Below, piece by piece: positions 38,760-42,688 of a stretch of DNA of 42,688 bases. A program made the translations under genes and the position numbers. Source of the stretch: Pseudomonadota bacterium (GTDB taxonomy: Bacteria; Pseudomonadota; Alphaproteobacteria; Caulobacterales; Aquidulcibacteraceae); contig JAFEDV010000468.1 of assembly GCA_018241475.1 (NCBI GenBank), positions 1-42,688 of the forward strand. The letters are read 5' to 3'. Below the pieces are notes generated by a model. That model saw only the letters and a list, made by a program, of their open reading frames with translations, was not told the origin of the DNA and ran no database searches. Within the stretch, counting starts at the first letter, position 1. The number at the start of each line of letters is the position of its first letter.

Positions 38760-38869
38760 CCAGAGTCATTCCGGAGACGCGAAGCGTCATCCGGAAGCCA
38801 GGAACAGCACCCTGTGCTCTACGATCCCTGGGTTCCGGGTCTCGCTCCGCTCGCCCGGAATGACTCTGG
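38760..38869. repeat. MITE/REPIN-like palindromic element, same family as 28655-28785
   Basis: 15-bp perfect terminal inverted repeat CCAGAGTCATTCCGG, each end containing GANTC; CGCGAAGCG arm hairpin. Confidence 0.8.
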
Positions 38870-38879
38870 ATATGTTGCA

Positions 38880-39479
38880 TCACAAGTGCCCCGCCACGGC
38901 CCAGTCGAGCGCTTGTTCGAGGCGGTCGTTGCCCCAGAAGAGTTCACTGTCCGCAGTGACGAAGGCCGGCGCGCCGAACACACCGGCGGCTTGCGCTTCT
39001 TCGGTGGCGGCGCGCAGCGCGTTCTTCACGCTGTCTTGCTGGGCCTTCTCGACGAGCGCGGCGTCGAGGCCGGCGCGGCGCAGCGCTTCGGCGGCGGCAA
39101 GCGGATCATCGATCGATCGGCCCTCGCCGAACTCGATCTGATACACAGCCTGCGCGAACTTCTGTCGCGGCGCGCCTTCGAGCGCGGTGGCGATGCGGGC
39201 GCACATGAGCGAATTCTGTGGGAAGGGCCTCGGGAGCTGGAACGGCAGATCGAGCGCGCCGCAAGTGCGCTCAAGATCGCGCACCATGTACTGGCCTTTC
39301 ACCGGATAGAGATTGAACGGCGAGTCCTTCCAGCCCTGCTGCGCGAAGATGGGGCCGAGCAGCATCGGACGCCATTCGACCAGAACACCCTTCGCGGCGG
39401 CCACGCGATCAATGCGCATGGCGGCGGGGTAGGAGTAGGACGAGGCGAAGTCGAACCAGAAGGTGATGGTCGGCGTCAT
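38880..39479 (-). CDS. 2-hydroxychromene-2-carboxylate isomerase / GST-kappa (DsbA-like) family
   Basis: [31 protein letters not shown]. Confidence 0.9.
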   Translation of the reverse strand: MTPTITFWFDFASSYSYPAAMRIDRVAAAKGVLVEWRPMLLGPIFAQQGWKDSPFNLYPVKGQYMVRDLERTCGALDLPFQLPRPFPQNSLMCARIATALEGAPRQKFAQAVYQIEFGEGRSIDDPLAAAEALRRAGLDAALVEKAQQDSVKNALRAATEEAQAAGVFGAPAFVTADSELFWGNDRLEQALDWAVAGHL

Positions 39480-40456
39480 GCCGGCTCCTGTTGAGTGATG
39501 CAGTGGAATGAGCCGCCGCCGGTCAAAATGGCGTGCGAAGACAGACCGACGACCTTGCGGCCCGGGAAGAGCGCGCCAAGCGCATTCACGGCGTCGTCGC
39601 CGCTGTCGGAATAGATCGGCATGACAACGGTGGAATTGCCGATGACGAAGTTCATGTGGCTGGCCGGCACGGCGTCGGCGTCTTCATCGACAACGAGCCC
39701 GGGCGAAGGAATGCGGATGACTTCGAGCTTGCGGCCTTGCGCGTCTTTCATGGCGGCCAGCGTCAACGCAATCTCATCAAGCACGTCGGCGTTCGGATCG
39801 TCGTCGCCATAGGCTTGCTGGCAGACGACGCGTCCCGGCGCGACGAAACGCGCCAGGTTGTCGATGTGGCCGTCAGTGTGGTCGTTGGCGAGACCCTCGT
39901 CGAGCCAGAGGATTCTCTCGACGCCAAGCGCGCGCTTCAAAGCGGCTTCCGCTCGCGCCTCATCCCAATCGGCGTTGCGATTCGGGTTGAGCAGGCATTG
40001 GCGGGTGGTGAGCAGTGTTCCCTCCCCGTCCATTTCGACAGCGCCGCCTTCGAGGACGAAATCGTGGCGCGCGAGCTCAACGCCCGCGGCGCGCGCGATC
40101 TGGTCGGCCACTTCGGTGTCGTGCGAGAGCTGATACTTGCCGCCCCAGCCGTTGAACTTGAAACCGACTGCGCCGCCGCGCGCAAAGATCGGACCGGTGT
40201 CGCGAAACCAGATATCGCCAAACGCGCCCGGCACGATCTCGGCGCTCTGCCGCAGCGCGAGCCTGGCGCTCGCCTCGGCTTCGCGGCCACAGGCGAACAC
40301 GCGCATCGTATCGCCACGGCCCTCGTCGTAGAGCGCGCGGATCATGGCGGCGACTTCGAGCCGCGCAGGCTCCAAATCCTCGCCCCACAGATCGGCGGCG
40401 GAGGGCCAAGCGGTCCAGATCGCCTTGTGCGGCGCCCATTCCGGCGGAATCATCAT
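39476..40456 (-). CDS. aguA: Agmatine deiminase
   Basis: [38 protein letters not shown]. Confidence 0.93.
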   Translation of the reverse strand: MMIPPEWAPHKAIWTAWPSAADLWGEDLEPARLEVAAMIRALYDEGRGDTMRVFACGREAEASARLALRQSAEIVPGAFGDIWFRDTGPIFARGGAVGFKFNGWGGKYQLSHDTEVADQIARAAGVELARHDFVLEGGAVEMDGEGTLLTTRQCLLNPNRNADWDEARAEAALKRALGVERILWLDEGLANDHTDGHIDNLARFVAPGRVVCQQAYGDDDPNADVLDEIALTLAAMKDAQGRKLEVIRIPSPGLVVDEDADAVPASHMNFVIGNSTVVMPIYSDSGDDAVNALGALFPGRKVVGLSSHAILTGGGSFHCITQQEPA

Positions 40457-40582
40457 CGGCGCAACCCTTAGCGGATCAGAATGACGCCAGATAGGCACGC
40501 GCGGCTTGCGCGCCAAGCGCCTTGTTCGGTGGCGTCGGCGTTTTCCATCCGCTAAGAGGTCGCGGGGACTTCCGAGACGCCG

Positions 40583-42145
40583 ATGACCGCCGCCGCCCGA
40601 AGCAAAGCCTTCGACCGCACGACGCTCACGTTCGTCGCAGTGCTGGTTGCAGCGACGGCGCTGCGCATCTGGGCGCTGAGGGCGGCGCCGCTCAATCTCT
40701 ATCACGACGAAGCCGAATTCTGGGCCTGGTCACGCACGCCGGCCTGGGGTTATTTGAACGCGCCCCCGATGGCGGCGTGGGCGATTTGGGCGACGACGCA
40801 CTTCTTCGGCGACGCGGAATGGGCAGTGCGGCTAGCGGCGCCGATCAGTCAAGCGGCGTCGGCGCTGGCGCTCTATGCGCTTGGGCGCAACCTCTATGGC
40901 GCGTGGGCGGGATTCTGGACCGGCGTCGTCTGGCTGGCGACGCCCGGCGTCTGGTTCTCCAGCGGGGTGATTTCCGCGGACGCGCTGCTGTTGCCGTTCT
41001 TGTCGCTGGCGCTGGTGGCGATGTGGCGCATGCTGGAGACGCGCGCGACGGCCTGGGCGATCGTGCTCGGCGTAGCGATCGGTCTGGGGTTCAACGCTGC
41101 ATACGCAATCCTCTATTTTCCGATCGGAGTCGCGGCGGCGGCGCGCTGGTTGCAGCCGCTGCGCGAAGCGCTCAAGGGCGGGCGCGGCCTCGTGGCGATA
41201 CTGATCGCCTTGGCGCTGTTCGCGCCGAATATCCTTTGGAACGCCCAGCACAGCTTTGAAAGCGCGCAGCACGCGGCGGCCAATCTCAATGTGAACTTCG
41301 CCAATCTTTTCAACACCAGCAAGATCGTCGAGTTCATGACCGGTCAGGCGCTGCTGATCGGGCCAATCGTGTTCTTCGTGTTGCTGGGCCTGTTCGCGCG
41401 CGCGATCGGCAGAAGCGGCGGCTTGTCGGACGAAGATCGCTTCTTGCTGGCCTTCACGTTGCCGCCGCTTGTGCTGGTAACGCTCTTTGCAATTGTCGCA
41501 CGGGCGGAGCCGAACTGGGCGGTGACGGCTTATCCGGCGGCGCTGACCTGGTTCGTGGGCAGCCTCATCGGCAGCGCCAGCGGACGGCGCCTGATTGCCG
41601 CGGCCCTGATCGTGAACGTCGTACTCGGCGGCGTGATCGCATTTGGCTTCTTCCATCCGAGTTCGGCCGGCGTCATCGGCGGCACACGTGAAAACACGAC
41701 GTGGAGCGAAGCCGCACGAGCGGTGGCGTTGCGGGCGGTGCCGTTGCGCGGCGAACGGCCGTTCGGCGCCGTCGTCATCGACAGCCAAGAAGCATTCTAC
41801 CAATTCAATTATTACTGGGCGCGTGAACGAAACGCGTCGCCCGGCTTGCCGCCATTGCGCTTGTGGATGGCGCGTGGGCCGACCCAGGCCGCACCCGACG
41901 GCGCCATCGCCCTGCGCGCCAGGGACGGCGCGCGCGTTCTTGTGGTGCACACAGCGTCGAACCTCCTCCCATTCGTCGCCGGCGATTTCACGACCTTCCG
42001 CACGGTCGATCATATCCTGGCGCCGCCTGGAGGCCGCCCGGCCCGCGCGCTCGATCTCTCTGTCGGCGAAGGTTTTGCACCTGCGCGCCGCGATAGCGCG
42101 TTCCTGGATCGCCTGCAGAGCCGACCCAGTTCTCCGGCCACGTGA
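40583..42145 (+). CDS. GT-C fold glycosyltransferase (GT39/ArnT-like)
   Basis: DEA..W.WSR..AWGY..PP, multi-TM, PNILWN, ANW-like EPNW. Confidence 0.82.
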   Translation: MTAAARSKAFDRTTLTFVAVLVAATALRIWALRAAPLNLYHDEAEFWAWSRTPAWGYLNAPPMAAWAIWATTHFFGDAEWAVRLAAPISQAASALALYALGRNLYGAWAGFWTGVVWLATPGVWFSSGVISADALLLPFLSLALVAMWRMLETRATAWAIVLGVAIGLGFNAAYAILYFPIGVAAAARWLQPLREALKGGRGLVAILIALALFAPNILWNAQHSFESAQHAAANLNVNFANLFNTSKIVEFMTGQALLIGPIVFFVLLGLFARAIGRSGGLSDEDRFLLAFTLPPLVLVTLFAIVARAEPNWAVTAYPAALTWFVGSLIGSASGRRLIAAALIVNVVLGGVIAFGFFHPSSAGVIGGTRENTTWSEAARAVALRAVPLRGERPFGAVVIDSQEAFYQFNYYWARERNASPGLPPLRLWMARGPTQAAPDGAIALRARDGARVLVVHTASNLLPFVAGDFTTFRTVDHILAPPGGRPARALDLSVGEGFAPARRDSAFLDRLQSRPSSPAT

Positions 42146-42688
42146 CTATTCCGGATCCCACCAGGCGCGACCATCGCGATCCATGAGATTGGCGGCGGCC
42201 TCGGGGCCATTCGAGCCGGCGGCGTACGGTTTGGGATCGCCGCCCGCCTCTTCCCAGGCAGCGAGCAGATTGTCAGCCCACTTCCACGCCGCTTCGACTT
42301 CGTCGCGGCGCATGAAGAGCGAAAGGTTGCCGCGCACGACGTCCATCAACAGACGCTCGTAGGCGTCGGGGTAGCGCACAACGAACTCGTCGGCGAAGGA
42401 AAGATTAAGCGGCGCGGCTTTGACGTAGAGCCCGCCAGTTCCAGGCTCTTTCATGTTGAGCCACAGATTAACGCCTTCGTCGGGCTGCAAACGAAGGACG
42501 AGACGATTGGGCGATTCCTCCTCGCCGAAGATCAGGACGGGAGGCGTTTTGAATTGCACGACGATTTCCGAGCGGCGGCTGGCGAGGCGCTTGCCCGTGC
42601 GCAGGTAGAACGGCACGCCGGCCCAGCGCCAATTCTCGATCTCGGCCTTGATGGCGACGTAGGTTTCAGTGCTCGACGCCCTGCCGAT
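42146..42688 (-). CDS. zwf: Glucose-6-phosphate 1-dehydrogenase, C-terminal part (runs off the window)
   Basis: RWAGVPFYLRTGKRL, LQPDEG, DAYERLL, FMRRDEVEAAW, YAAGS.GP. Confidence 0.95.
   Translation of the reverse strand: MGRASSTETYVAIKAEIENWRWAGVPFYLRTGKRLASRRSEIVVQFKTPPVLIFGEEESPNRLVLRLQPDEGVNLWLNMKEPGTGGLYVKAAPLNLSFADEFVVRYPDAYERLLMDVVRGNLSLFMRRDEVEAAWKWADNLLAAWEEAGGDPKPYAAGSNGPEAAANLMDRDGRAWWDPE

Noticed and set aside
25346-38869. Palindromic repeats as a CRISPR array
   Set aside because: Copies are dispersed and non-identical, not regularly spaced, and there are no cas genes

Overview
GC-rich alphaproteobacterial chromosomal window, most consistent with Caulobacterales/Hyphomonadaceae (cpdR next to tRNA-Val and an N-formylglutamate amidohydrolase; CIR-like intergenic repeats). 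It is densely coding, with about 45 real genes and no integrase, transposase, prophage or CRISPR. In order: DHA2 MFS pump; adaptor/ABC ATPase/two-permease exporter; anthranilate (2-aminobenzoyl-CoA) catabolic operon with MarR, a stand-alone Lrp domain and a formamidase; beta-CASP nuclease; feoAB; tRNA-Val(GAC); cpdR; a secreted two-domain esterase; two GT2s; HU with a basic tail; SDR; YhhN; hutU-hutI/hutG; two ICMT-family methyltransferases plus a quinone reductase; asparaginase, two MliC and SpoU; an Imm-like protein; rlmN; GNAT; a frameshifted thioredoxin-like gene; FrnE/DsbA; aguB; a GST-kappa-like gene; aguA; GT39; partial zwf. The most notable observations are: (1) a tandem LpqC-type hydrolase whose first domain has Asp in place of the nucleophile Ser and whose second carries a Met/Gly-rich insert; (2) a palindromic repeat inserted in frame in hutI, part of a set of short palindromic elements; (3) duplicated lysozyme-inhibitor lipoproteins near an Imm-like gene; (4) an ArnT-like enzyme lacking two family-typical lysines. 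All product calls come from motif recognition only; no database searches were run.
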